Shown piece after piece: positions 41,001 through 53,936 of a stretch of 64,000 bases of DNA. The notes beneath the pieces were generated by a model. That model had not been told where the DNA came from and made no database searches. It was given only the letters and a program-made list of their open reading frames with translations. Both the position numbers and the translations under genes were made by a program. Positions within the stretch are counted from its first letter, which is position 1. Every line of letters starts with the position of its first letter. Source of the stretch: Bigelowiella natans CCMP2755 (Eukaryota; Protista; Cercozoa); contig ADNK01001378.1 in assembly GCA_000320545.1 (NCBI GenBank), positions 1-64,000 of the forward strand, read 5' to 3'.

Positions 41001-43282
41001 TCTTTTGCAAAAGAACCTCGATTTGGTTAGATTGTTTGTTCAATTCTGAATGAAACTCATATCACATCTTTGGTTTTGTCAAAGGCAAAGGATGGTGATA
41101 GCGATGGCGATAGTGACTATAACGACAACTGCGACTATGCTGTGGAAGAATCAAAAGTATCACGCGACGAAATATGTGCACACAGAGCTTTCCATCTTAA
41201 TATATTCATGCGAATGACATGAATAGGTAAAGTCTCGCATTCGTTATGAGAGGGAAAAAGTTCGCTTCTTGCATCAACTTCAAAAGGGGCTATCGGTTTA
41301 ATTGAGAAACAGCTGGAAATTTGCATATCCATCTAATCTATTGCAACTTAGGTTGATCGAGATACAAAAGCATACGAAGAATATTTCGAACAATGGTCTC
41401 AGATTACTAATAAAAATTGGGAGGTGTTAATTCAGACTTTTTCCGCTTCAGCTGATGTCTTATATTATGCGACTAGTCCAACATGATAATGAGTTCTTTC
41501 CAGGACAAAATGAATCCGCCAGAATATATTCATCCTGAAGAAGACTCGACTCCATACACTTCCATTGACGTGGTATCGGACACACATACTTCATATATTG
41601 TCAATGTGTTCACACGACATATCCTCGTTATAAAGGTTTTTAATAACCATACTCTCTACGCTAATCTTCAAGCGCGTCATCCTCATAAGATCCAAGTAAG
41701 AATTGCATACTCTTTCATATGTGTATTTTGAATCGTCTTAGCTAATTTTAAATGACTGACTAATAATCATATGTAAATAATGTGTTCGTTTTTGGTGCGG
41801 GTGGAAATTTAGTACGACCTATGCAACCCAGATAGATGGGTTTCATTTCGTGGAGAAAAGGATCAAAGCGGAATAGATGTACATTGAATTTGAATTTCAC
41901 AGCCGAATTCTGATGTCTGAGAATTATTAGAGTGGAGGTGGAGAGCAATACTTTTGGAGAAAGGGTGAATGAAAATTGTCTTCTTACAATTCCGAGGTCT
42001 TCTTAATAGAAGAGGATATAATTAGGGACAAGGAAATGCACTCAATTCTATCCAGATAAAACTATGATCTCAGCAAAGGTTATACTTGACAACATTCTTA
42101 CTGATGTACATTGAACTTTTATTCTTTTTAGTCAACTAGGGAGGATTCAGCAGCAAAGGAGAACGAGCTACAGGATGTCCTCAAGGGCTCAATACAAGTA
42201 CTCTAATATATATATCAAGTTTGTTTCTACCAAAGAAGCTAGATCCAAATCCCAACTTTATCTCCAGGCTTTCCGAACCTTCGAGATGATGGAAACAGAG
42301 TTTTATGATCGATTCGAATTCCAAGCGCATCTTGTCGGGGACAACCACGATGCGGTAGTGATTTGAAATGCATACATAGTCAGAGGATTTACTTAGCCAT
42401 AATTGGATAATTTGTGAGTCGTTTTCTGTTTTGCACTAAATCAATTTAGAGTCACTATATACGGAAGCGTTTGCGTAAGGAGCTTGATCTTGGAAATAGG
42501 TACGATAAACCTCATTGAATCTAAGAACACTGTTTAATACACAAAGTAGCTACTGCACAAATGTAAAAGAAGTGCTACGAAATATATGCAAAATTAGGTG
42601 TGGATCCCTAGTTAGAATGGAACGGAAGGCGAAACAGGTGAGTTTTTGCAAGTGAGCTTTTTGCAACAAGTTGCATGTAAGAACTCATTTATTAGATATT
42701 TTTAAACTATTCGAAGGAGAGTGCAGAAACGAACCTAGGAATATTCAGAGAAATCTGGCAAAATGAAATTATAGAAGCTCTTCCTGAAGTAAGTACATTT
42801 GAATTAAGGTTCTATTATCATTTTCTAATTTTCTACGTATTTATTCGACCAGAATCGAGTTTTCTCAGAGATGGTGTTTCATTTCAAGCATGCGAATACT
42901 TCCAAAATCTCTGATGTGGTCAGATATATTGATTAGCATGCGAATACTTCCAAAATCTCTGATGTGGTCAGATATATTGATTAAATATCCGAGAGAGCCG
43001 TTCGTGTGTACAAGTTGATGTGTTATTTCTCCTCCAAATACTGTTTCCAATTCGCAGATAATCACCAAAATTGCCGATTCCCTCTTGCGGAAGCCAGACA
43101 AGCTAAAACCAAAATATGCGGTCTATGAAAATTTAAAGATTATTACTTAAGATTCAAACCGAACATATGACGAACAATGTGGTTCCATGTAGGTTGGAGT
43201 GAAAATCAAAAGACTTCCAGGAATGATTTCGCCACTAGCAATAATGATATGCTGCAGTCACCTCAAGGAGATATACCATTAA
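35092..43282 (+). CDS. Multi-C2 domain protein with CEP76/CC2D2A-type transglutaminase-like domain (many tiny exons)
   Basis: C2 segments (LEEDTLTLRIYQARTLMANVLIG; LAVKIVRAKGL..EPFFDEWVYF; VLINVWDN..PLGFCEIDF). Then GELHYLPSFI, NFLDKRRGDHNDHAVLLANFLLG, NAYVCIG, EPHVWV, VRFWEPSNG, PYTSIDV-VFNNHTLYANLQ and a C-terminal YAVGVKIKRLPGMISPLAIMIC. These follow the CEP76/CC2D2A motif order. Confidence 0.8.
42887..42982. repeat. Perfect 48-bp tandem duplication spanning an exon/intron boundary
   Basis: AGCATGCGAATACTTCCAAAATCTCTGATGTGGTCAGATATATTGATT occurs twice. Confidence 0.97.
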
Positions 43283-44337
43283 TTCATTGTGCTGAATCTG
43301 CAATTTACTCGAAGTTATTCGGATACAATGTCCATGCTGTCATGGTTTGTGTGAAGATCTCATTGATGACTCGAGCTAGCGCTAGCTGGGAACATGCTAG
43401 CATGTATCACTGCATGGTTGCACGCATGCCATTTTCGATCGCGCATTCACGTGCTCGTGATGTAAAAGAGGCCAACGCAAGTGCGCGAAGCGCTTCCGTT
43501 GCTGGCGGCAGTTGCAGAGCAACGGCGCGCTCCGTGCAGAACGCCCCAAAAAATGCGGCTTGTCCCTCTGCACATGCCAGTTTCTGAGGATTTTTAGCGC
43601 ATTTTGTAATGGAGCAAACATTATCTGTCGATTCTGATTATATCTCATCATGACTACAACATTGAGAGCCACATACCGGCGTTTGTATTAGCGTGAACAT
43701 CGTAATTAAAACTGAATAAATGTAGTTCTATCTATACAAATTCTGCGAAGTCACTGAGGTTTTACTAGTACTACCGAACATACACAATTGTGTATACAAT
43801 ATGTGCTAACAGAACCAAGAAGAATCCGTCGTAGAGCAGTTTTCCCTTTCATATTAAGCCGGTGTCATGGCAATATATATAAACACGAAGGAAATACATT
43901 AGATCGCATCATTTCGAAAAATTCACTCCAGTCATATCAGAGAACTCTTCTTACTCTTATGGATCTCTATTCATAACACTGTGCAAATTGCTTGAATATT
44001 AAGTGACTGAACCTCGGCTGGACAGTATGACCATGTCAGCATTCTCGTTTTCAGCATGCCTGATGCAAGTATCTGTCTGTTATGTCGATGACTTCCCCAA
44101 AGCGTGGACGGAGTCTTAAGTGAACAGGCGCATGTTAATATTAGACGACCCGCGGGGGGGGAATGTTAGAGATGGCTACGCCACGGTCAAGCTACAAGGC
44201 TATAGGCTCACTTGCATATTTGATGTGTTGGCCTTCCACACTGCACAACCGGAGTGGCATCTAGCCCTACAGGTTTGTATATAAACAAATACACACATAC
44301 ACACACACACACACACAGACAGACACGCACAAACACA

Positions 44338-44376
<39 letters not shown>

Positions 44377-44379
44377 TTT

Positions 44380-45417
44380 CATAGCAATCTTGTGGCAATA
44401 CGGTGGCCTGTGAGTTATACCGTTTCGACGATAGGATTTGACAATTTTATCAACCAGCTGAATGCCAGCTTCCCTCGCCTCATCGCAAGCTCCTTCTCGA
44501 TCATGTCGTTGCTGAGGTCACGCCAAATATCGTCGAATGCCGCATGTGGTAGCGTTGGTGTGAGGAGAAATTATGCTGAATCAAATTTGTTCGTACGCGG
44601 TCAAGGTGTCGATGCCCAGGCTGTCGCGACTTAGACGGGGGAGCTTGTAAACGTGCAATACATCAATCTGAGATCATTCCATTGTTCTACGGTCAGATCG
44701 TCCCGCCTACTATTCACCGGTGACCCGCCGTCTGAATAGATGACCGACCTTGTCAGAGGGCGTGAGCAGCTTCTTCATGCTCCACTCGACAGCGCGCATG
44801 CTATGGAAGAGATACAATGTGGATTTCAACAGCTAAATGTCGAGGATAGAGCCACCGCGGGGTTCGAGGATAGAGCCACCGCGGGGTTCAATAGCGAGCG
44901 CGAAGAACAAATCGATGAATAACCTGTGCGCAGACCGATCGACGCAAAGTATGATCCTGCGTCGCATGCTATCGGCACATTCCTCCTTTTCTTCCTCTCG
45001 TGCGCTTTTGGGTGAGGAGGAGAAGTCTCGATTCCTCGTCCCACAGGCACCTCGGCCCTAGCGACCACGTGTGAAAAATAATGACGATTTGCCAAACGAT
45101 CACGCCAGAGTGCGCATTGAAAGTCCAATGTTTGGGTTCCAAATATGTGCTACAACGACACCTTCCTCCGCTACGACAAACATCTACGCACTTTGGGAGC
45201 AGCGGAAATTGACATCCGATGGCAGAACCAGGGGATGCTGCTTGCCAGTGGCTTTCTCACGACCCGCCCTTTCCCCAACAACATTCTCGTTCTCTGTGAG
45301 AGTCTCCGGGGGCCTGCAAGCGCATGCTTGAGTCCCTCGCGGAAGAGCATCTGGCAGGGGGTGCTCGCACGAGGAGTTGTTCTGAGTGTTGCCGAACGAT
45401 CCATCGGTTCGCAACAT
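44380..45417 (-). pseudogene. Probable pseudogene or unresolved gene of unknown family
   Basis: Protein-like minus-strand reading (EEEKEECADSMRRRIILCVDRSAHRLFIDLFFAL..; AFDDIWRDLSNDMIEKELAMRR) interrupted by several TAG/TGA stops and a frame change. Confidence 0.35.
44840..44889. repeat. 24-bp tandem duplication
   Basis: TCGAGGATAGAGCCACCGCGGGGT occurs twice. Confidence 0.95.
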
Positions 45418-45573
45418 TTCTAGGTATAGTCACCTTTTATATTTTGCCTAAAAATGGTCGATCAGCAGGATCGACTAACCCTTGCTCTGCGAAAATCGTG
45501 GTGTTTTTGACCCTGCGACAACCTATTTAACCATTCTTCTTTCTTCCTGCGACAGCACCGGCAGGCTCCTCAC

Positions 45574-46437
45574 ATGGCGGCCAGAGGAGCACAGTGGCGC
45601 AGCCGCAGGTCGCTTCTCCTGCTCCTCACGGCCGTGGCTCTGGCTTTCCTTGCTTCGATAAGGACAGCGACTAGTTATGATCAAGGGGTGAGTTGCGGTG
45701 ATATGCGTGTTTATCGCTATGGAACGGCCATCTCGATGATGATGATGATGATGATAATGACACTGTCTCTAAATACTCGGCGCAGATACTAACCCTTGGG
45801 GGGGACTGGGAGAAAGACGTCAAATACAGGGCTTCATCTGAATATGGGGGATACAACGTCTTGAGGAATATATTCAAAAGTAGAGACAAGGGGAGGGTTC
45901 CGGCCAAGTAAGCAAACCTTCTGCTAATAACTGATGCGCATAATGCTTGAGCTCCACAATCTTCTTTTTTACCTGGAAACAAAGTAAGATTCGGTGGGGA
46001 CAGAACTTGTGGTATCCTTCCCGACAGAGCACGTTTTCCCGCCATTTTCCGCGTAGGTTTCGGAAAAGCAAAAAGGAACGGCAGAAGGATCACAGGAGAA
46101 AGATAGTGCAGATCTTACAGAGAGCGCGTGGTAATGAGGTGTCGCGTTTTGCTCGCACTAGCTATCTGCGTGCACAATATGCGCCTTTTCAAACGATATC
46201 TTGTGTGTTGTCAAGCAAAAGGTAGAAGCGAAAAGGAGTTGAAGATCATGGAGAATCAATTACTAGGTTTGCAGAAATCGAAGACACTTCCAAAAGGTTG
46301 TTAGTAATGACGCATGCCATATCGCTATTCCGTCGGATGAATACTCGTGACACATTTTTCTTACCATAGGGTTACTGTGGCCGATTCTGGGCTTTGCGTA
46401 CGCTGGTGTCGTTATCTATGCGAGGTTGTTCTTATGA
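45574..46437 (+). CDS. Small hypothetical protein with N-terminal signal sequence and C-terminal transmembrane helix
   Basis: MAARGAQWRSRRSLLLLLTAVALAFLAS leader; GT-AG introns; last exon LLWPILGFAYAGVVIYARLFL*. Confidence 0.6.
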
Positions 46438-46675
46438 TGATCAGAAGCGAATCTTAACTCATCAGATGTGAAATATAAGACGGATGTAATGAAATGTCGA
46501 CGTTAATAAGTCTTGGAAGGCATGCACCACGAATGCTTAATATTACGACTCATCCACCACATGCAAAAGATATTCATATCCATTTCACATGCTTTCTATA
46601 GCTGCAGTACTGACATACAACGCCGCGTAATAAATGCGCACGAATCGTTGTAAATCATTCACAATTCACAATGTG

Positions 46676-46720
<45 letters not shown>

Positions 46721-47370
46721 GATGATTGTGTGTGTGTGTATGCATCTTGTGGCGCGTTACGATAAGCTGATGTAATCATGATATCGTGCATGGGTTCATG
46801 TGTTACTAATGATCGAGTCATTGTCCATTGCCATTAATGAGCGATCATATAAACATTGCAAAGTATTTATGTAACTTTAGCATTCATCTAGTCGTGCATA
46901 TAATGTGCCCGCCCGCGTCGTAACTTCTCCAGATATTGAGATAAATACTTGCAGGCGTATTGTGATTGCGCGCGCAAGCGCGCAACAAGAGCTTATTATG
47001 TATGCATGCTACACTATAATTTGTAGGCATACACGATATTTAATGTTCTTTATAATGTATGGAAAAATTGTGCAAGTAACATGTAAATCTTACAACTGGC
47101 AATGTCGCTTCAAGCTTTGTCGTGATACACATCCTTAATCTTCCACGCCTTCAAATCAACCGCGCAACCGGAAGTATCAGATAACGACGATGGCGAAAAT
47201 CCCGGGGAGGATTTCGAACTCGTGCTTCCTTCTCCTACGCCATCGTTGGCTCCTGCGGCGTCCTTTTTCAATGCATAGAGGCCAATCCTCGTTGAAGCGG
47301 CACTTAATGGGAAGGCCTACGCGATTTAGTGTGTAACAAAGAAGGCCGGTCAAGAACGGCGGACAACAAT

Positions 47371-50300
47371 TCACATGCGTCCAGGACATCCATCAACAGC
47401 AAAAACCAGGGTGGAAACCAGGTATTGTTGGTAACTAAGAATCATCGTTAGCGTTAGCATAACCTCGATAGTGATCGCAGTGCGGTTGTTCAGGATGACC
47501 GACACGATAGAGTGGTCAATATACATGTGCAGCCTGAGCGTATTATCATTCGTCGCCGTGAGAAGATCGCTCTGCTCGCCTCCGTCATCGGACCGCAAGG
47601 GTGCGGCGCGTATGTCCTGGGTTGTTACTGGCGGCTCTGTGGAGCTTCCGCAATGCGTACGATCGATGAAAAAATGCCCTGCCGATAGGTTGAACCCGAC
47701 TGCAACGTGCTCCTGGAACTCAAAGTCGGAAGAAGGAGGAGTTGCGGCGGGGGCGGATGCAGAATCATCCCTAGTATCATCCTCCTCGCTCCCCCCCCCC
47801 CCCAGAATGAGAATTCCCACCTCGGCCACCTCTGTTCCTGACAGAAAGCAAAGTTACTCAAGCAATACGTCTTCACTGCACAACTCATTTTAAAAACAAC
47901 ACCAGCGAGGCATCACTGAACGCATAATCCCCGTGCGAGTTTTATCTCACAACTCCGAACACTTTTTCTTTTCCTTTTTTTTTAAAAAATATATTTATGG
48001 TATCTCCCCTTCAAAAAGAATTAAGTCGTTGGCATGACGGGGCGTTTTTTTCAAAAAAGGTGTGGTGGTGATGACGACGATCCTGAGTAGCATCATCAGC
48101 CCCAGCAGCACGCACCTGCCGTCCCTGGAAGGAAAAACTCGGCATAGATTTCGGCTTGGTTCGATCTGAACCCTCTTAGCTCCATTGCGTCCTTCCTCGC
48201 TGCAACAACAGGGATGCTCGGAAGCTTCGCCTCAAACGGGTGGCTCGGCTCTTCCCGTAGGGATTGAAGCTCAGGAACGAATGCTTGCCTCAGCTGTTGC
48301 CCTCCACCATACATCCCACCGTCGCGGTGCTGGCTATCATCGGCAGAGACAGGGCCGTCCTGTGCGCCATCGATGTTAGAAAGCGGGCGAGCAAAGTCCC
48401 CTCTCTGGCGCCGTCTGATTGGCCGTTTGCTGCGCATCAGCGTCAGGTCACGCGGAAGGGCTATCGCTCTCAATGTTGGGTGCACGTAGCCAAGGTTGGC
48501 AAACATGACCCGCCGCCGATGGCGCTGGTGTGAGGAGCTGGAAGAAGACGAAAAGGGCGACTCCTTCGCCGCATGCAGCGCTTCTGCGTTCTCCTCTGGG
48601 GCTGCCGCGGTTTTGGGGCAGCATATGAGGAAGCCTTCCTCGGCAACGGTCAGATTGTTCGTTGGATCTGTTCTAGGGAACACGTCTGACTTGGGGGACC
48701 GCGCAGGGCGAAATGCTGACCAATCCACCGGGTAGCTTGCATCCCAGTCTACGGAGAACGAAGAGGAGGAGGGGGGGGGGGGAGTCTCCAGAGCCGCGGC
48801 AGCAGCATCAACACCCCTCCCTCTTTTAACTTGCCATCTTCTGGACGTTGATGTCGTCCCCATCGTTCTCTCTCCCACCAAAAATTCGGCATAGTTCCAG
48901 TAGTGAGGGAGAGAGCAACAGGGCCCGGGGCCATACACTGAAGTCAGCAGCACCTCGCTTTCATCAACCGCTACCACGCCATCATCACCGTCGCCACCGC
49001 ATCTACTCTCCTCTGTTTGGAGCTTGAAGAAATCAGGGGTCACAAACCTGTAATGACAAGCAACGACGTTCATGATTGCCCCGCTCACCGCCAAAGATGC
49101 AAAAGGCAAAAAAAGAGGCGCGAGATACACAAAGAAAGGGTGGCGTGCTACTCCGTGTGCTGCTCCACGAAGCTCCCCGCTGCAGTCCTGTTGGTTTGAA
49201 GCAATACCTGGTGCGAGGAATATGACAACGAGCGCACACTTACACAGTGAGGGCAGACACGGATTATAAGGCGGGACAGGGTTGGAGGAAACAGTGGAAA
49301 GAGAAGAATGTACATATTTGCAGGGACTTTAGCTGCAGTAATTGTCAATACCCCCTCATATGTCCAATTTGAGTGCCCTTTCCCAGGAGGATGCAAAGAT
49401 GCATAGAGAAGCTCCGCACCGCCTGCCTCACATCCTGTGGGCGATGCTGTTGCGTTGCATGCGTCCGTTGCTATTGCAGTGTACCTAAAGGGGAACGATT
49501 GGAAAGATCCAATTTACTCAGCATCTCGATGGGCACTATTTAACACTGGATGCAGAATGTGGGCTTGGATGCTTATCGAAACATATTAATTCTACGCTGA
49601 ATGTGAGTGCGAGCTCGGCCTTTCTGCGGGGCTGTTGGAACGCAGAAAGGTTGCTACCAGCGATAGACCAAAAATTATAATGTCTGATTTATATAACTTA
49701 GTACCATCTTCCATCATCGCCCTGCCAGGGAGCCAAGCTGAACAGCAGCAGTTAACAAATGAAGCGGTGTGAGACGGTATGTGGCGAAGTGTTCCATTGC
49801 TCTATTTCTACATATATTGTTCATTACGGGTCTGCGGGAAGCGCTCTCTGAGCATTCGTTAAGTTGACTGTGAAAAGCATATTGCTTTTCGCATCTTGCC
49901 AAGCGTTCAGCGTCATGTTCGACGTAGATTTTGCCCATATAGGAATAGCCTCCGCACTCCCTCCCCATTTGGAGACGCTAGTCACAAGATCGGAATAGGA
50001 CACCATCCCTGAAAGAGTTAGAGACTTCTTAAATGATTATCCTCTCCCCTCTCCTTACATAAAGACGCTTATACCTCCAGACAGGGCGTTTGGCTTGTCA
50101 TCTTCACTCGAGAACACGCCGCTGCGATTCCACGTAACCAGGTCCTTCGAGGTCAAGTGCAGGACCTCTCCCCCCATCAGGGGAAAGATGTGCCATGTGG
50201 AAGTCGGAGCGACGTATACAGCGGCCGAAATATCCGTGATCATTTGCTCCGGAACGAAGTGAAACTTCGGCTGATGGAACTCCCGGAACGCTAATGCACG

Positions 50301-50453
50301 TTCACAATGTCAGCATGGAAAGTTGAACCATCTCCTGCATCTGTGTTTTTCTTTACCCCTATACGTTGTAGATCGTGATGCTCTTGAGTAAGTGGGTGTG
50401 AATGCATCAGCGAGTAACGCTGTGACAGAAAAGAAGAAGAAGGCGAGAAGCAT
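47371..50453 (-). CDS. Secreted glycoside hydrolase family 32-like protein (non-canonical active-site motifs)
   Basis: Signal peptide; QPKFHFVP..MITDISA..WHIF..HLTSKDLVTW; TPDFFKL; RRVMFA..IALPRDLTL..LRQAFVPELQSLR; C-terminal beta-sandwich LRLHMYIDHSIVSVILN. 3' end approximate. Confidence 0.8.
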
Positions 50454-51354
50454 CTCCCCCACCCCCCCCCAAATCAAGTGTCGATGGTCGTGGGAAGGTA
50501 GATATGATTGGATTTGTAACCACCAGCTGTATGAGCTTTTTTGGGGGTATTTTTTCGGCCAAAATTAGTCGGAGGCCGAAATAAGGCTAAACTACCTATG
50601 TTGAAACAGGACTACCGTCAAGCGAAACAAGCTTTTAGCCAATTTCATCAGAATAGAACCAGCTCGAAGGCGAATTTTAGAGGAAATCAGGGAATCGATG
50701 GTCGGCTTCTCCGCAAACGGGGAATCCAGGAAATCCTTATAGGAAATTACCAAGGTTTAAATGTAAATCTGCTGAAATTCTTGAAAACTTCTGGAATTTC
50801 CCCTTTGTTTTGCACAAACACTAACACTTCGATCCTCCGATCTGGGGGTACCTGCCCGTGCGCGTTGGTGGTGCACAGCACGTGCGCCCATCTTACTTCT
50901 TTCTTGTTGGAAGGAAGCTTCTAACTTCGATAAGATGTAGGCCGTTTCCAAAGTGCGCCGACATAAAGCAGGACTCGAAGGTTTGAAATCGGCTGGCTTT
51001 TCTCCAAGATAAATTGAGCTTTATCAAATCCTCAGTAGATTTGCGGAATCGCTCGAACACACGACACGCGCACAATCCAAAGGAACAGAAGGCAACTGCG
51101 TGTTTTTTTGCACCGCTTCCCTTCTCCCTCTTCGTTCCAAACGGCCCTGTTTTCTCATTTACGTGCTTCGAAAAAATGTTTCCCCTCGGCCTTGTGCCTA
51201 TCTTGAATTCGTTGCTCGAAGAATCACCTCCTTCAATCCATTATTGTTACGAAAAAGAGGGTTTTTAATTTCACCGGAAGAACGTACGCATGAGACCTCC
51301 CGGAAGATTCCTCTTACTCACAATTAACTCTCAGATTGTACACCTGGAAACAAT

Positions 51355-53256
51355 ATGGGAACTGTAATTGACGATATTTTGCCCTTGACTGGCAAGTTGT
51401 CCATCACTTGTGTAAAAGCAAATGACATTCCAAAGAAGCAGCTCATGGGAAAGCAAGATCCCTACTGCATTCTCGATTTCGGTGGGCAGAAGAAGAAGAC
51501 AAAGGTACCAAAACATGACCTTGTGAATGTGTCGTCATATGCTTTATCAAGAGTTCTGAATTCAGGTGAAAAAGGACGGAGATCGCAATCCTGAGTGGAA
51601 TGAAACTCTCGAGTTTGACCTAAAGGACTGCGATGACAGGGACATCCAAATTAAAGTCATGAACGAGATGTTCGGCCCGCTTGATGCTGAATGCGCAGTG
51701 GTGAAAGTCCCAATTTATTCGCTTCTAGGAGGTGAAACTGAAACCTGGATTCCCCTTTACAAGGTACCCTTCAAATATTTTCTCGGGTGTGAGCGATTTT
51801 GTTTTTCTGGTTGCATAGTTTTTTTTATCACAATTTCAAAGAAGACAAGTCCTTGTTTCTTTCTCAGAAGTCATCACATGAGGATGAATGCGGTAAGATT
51901 CTCTTCAAGACAACTTTCGAAGGTGCTGGAGGACTCCCCCCTGCTCCAACCTCGTCACGCTACGGTATTGTATCTGCTGTGTATGGAACTGCTAAAGTTA
52001 GGACTGATGTTCGTGGCCTTCTTGAGAGGAAGGTCAGAGCAAGAAACACCAAATATTTGCTGCTGTTTCCTGTCCGAAATAATCTGTGAATGTGATTTGT
52101 CAAGGTTGCTGGAGGAGCTCTGAGATTCGAGTCGAAGAGAGATCTGAGTAGCTTCTTCGGCTTTGACCCTCTGAATAATCATATCATCGGAAAAGTACTA
52201 AACCTGACTTACATGAAAGACGGTGAGTGGGATTCTCACACAGAGTCCGATAAAAACTATTTTAGCAGCTTTCATTCTTCCTGACGAGCAACCACCTTGC
52301 GCACAGGTCAAGTAAAAGCAGTAACAGTTCCCGAAAGGCATGAAGATACTGTCGTTGAGCTGGTAAATAGAGAAGCGTGACAACAGAGAAGCATGGCAAT
52401 TACAACATTCAACCAATTGCACTTTTGAGCTTTAACTAAAACATTATATTCTATTATCTCATTTTAGGAGGAAAAATCACTGGGCAGTGTATCGAAACCG
52501 GCACCGGCACCGGCACTGGTTGATACAGACGTAAAAGCTGAGGTTGTAGCAGAACCAGCAGCGGTAGTCCAAAAAACGACCGAGACCATAGAGGAGGTAA
52601 TCGTTGAAGAAAAGGCTGATGTCAAAAAACTTGACGAAGAGGAGGAACAGGAAGACGAAGAGAACAAACAAGGAGGACGAAGGAGCGGAGGGAGGGGTAT
52701 GGGAAAAGCTGATCGGCGAAACAAGACTGATGAAGACAGCACCGATGAGGAGTCGTCGGAGAGTGAGAACGAGGACAACGAGAGAAAGGAACGAAAGTTC
52801 TTCCTTCTTGCCAAAAAAAAGGACAAGTACTACGGTGTCTGCAAGTTAGATGGGGAGAAGGGTGACAAAGAAGAGGTTCACATCATGTCAAAGACCCACA
52901 AAAATCTCAAGTACATGAAAGCCGAAGTGCAAGCTGATGGGGGTTTTGGAAAAGGCGCAACATGGGTCGTGGAGTATCTCGGAAACAGCAAAGTCAGGTT
53001 CCTCCACTCCAACAGGGAAAAGTACCTTAAAGTACACACCAATCAAGATGATGCCGTCAACGCAAAGGGAGCTGGTGGAAAGGCGTGTCATTTCAAGGTG
53101 CAAAACAAAAAGAAGAAACTCGGAAGGCTTGTCACTTTCGAATCAGTTGCATCTCCTGACAAATTTCTACGCGTGGAAGAGGATGGGTCTCTTACTCTCG
53201 GGTCTGACAAGGGCGCTGCATCTAAGTTCCGAGTTCTCCGCAAGAAAGACAACTAA
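51355..53256 (+). CDS. C2 domain + DUF3395-like domain + fascin-like beta-trefoil protein
   Basis: C2 (GKLSITCVKANDI..GKQDPYCIL..KTKVKKDGDRNPEWNETLEF); IVSAVYG..DVRGLL..FFGFDP..KVLNLTY; acidic linker; three repeats such as VRFLHSNREKYLKV and VTFESVASPDKFLRV. Confidence 0.8.
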
Positions 53257-53936
53257 GCTAGTATCCGCATCTACGAACAGAAGGCGAGGAGCGCTAGAGC
53301 GGGTTGATGGCAAGAATTACAACATTTGCGCAGAACAGGCACAATCGATTAAAAACGCCGAGGTCAGGACTCAACAATGATAGAAAACAATTTTTGCGCT
53401 CGTTCTTTAGATGCTTCAGAAAGAATTTCGAATGTGCATGCAATGCATTTACAAGTACTGAAGTAGTCTTCAGTTTAGAACAGCATGCATGCATCTGTGC
53501 ACGAATGCAGACCCCACGCGTGCCTCCAAATGGCACACAGTACTCGCGAGCGGCGGCACGGACGACAATATAACGGCAAACCTGGTGATGCTGTATACAG
53601 GAGAACATGCACACTTTCGCATAGAATTGGCATGCAGTAGTCATGTGTGTAATGTGCATCTGGAGCGCACACCCACAGTACCACGCCATGGCTCAGTCCA
53701 TGTCATCTTTTCACAGCTTGTGCCAATAAGTGAATACAGACGTATCGCACGTGCCATGTGCGACTGACACAAATCAAAAATTCATGCGTATCATCATTGA
53801 CAAGAAAAATACACTAATTGATCCATTATAGTGACCTAGCGTCGCTTGCTACATGCTGTTATTCTCTGATTTGCATGTTCCATACAGCACACGTAGCAAC
53901 TCATGCAATGTAGACTGATGTCGAAGCGAAAAAGGC

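Noticed and set aside
42887-44889. Direct repeats as CRISPR or transposon ends
   Set aside because: Two-copy adjacent duplications without spacers. No cas, transposase or reverse transcriptase ORF was seen anywhere in the window.
44380-45417. TAG reassignment suggested by several in-frame TAGs
   Set aside because: TAG terminates bona fide genes here (RGS, racemase, ABCG), long ORFs have no internal TAG, and a TGA plus a frame change also break this reading.
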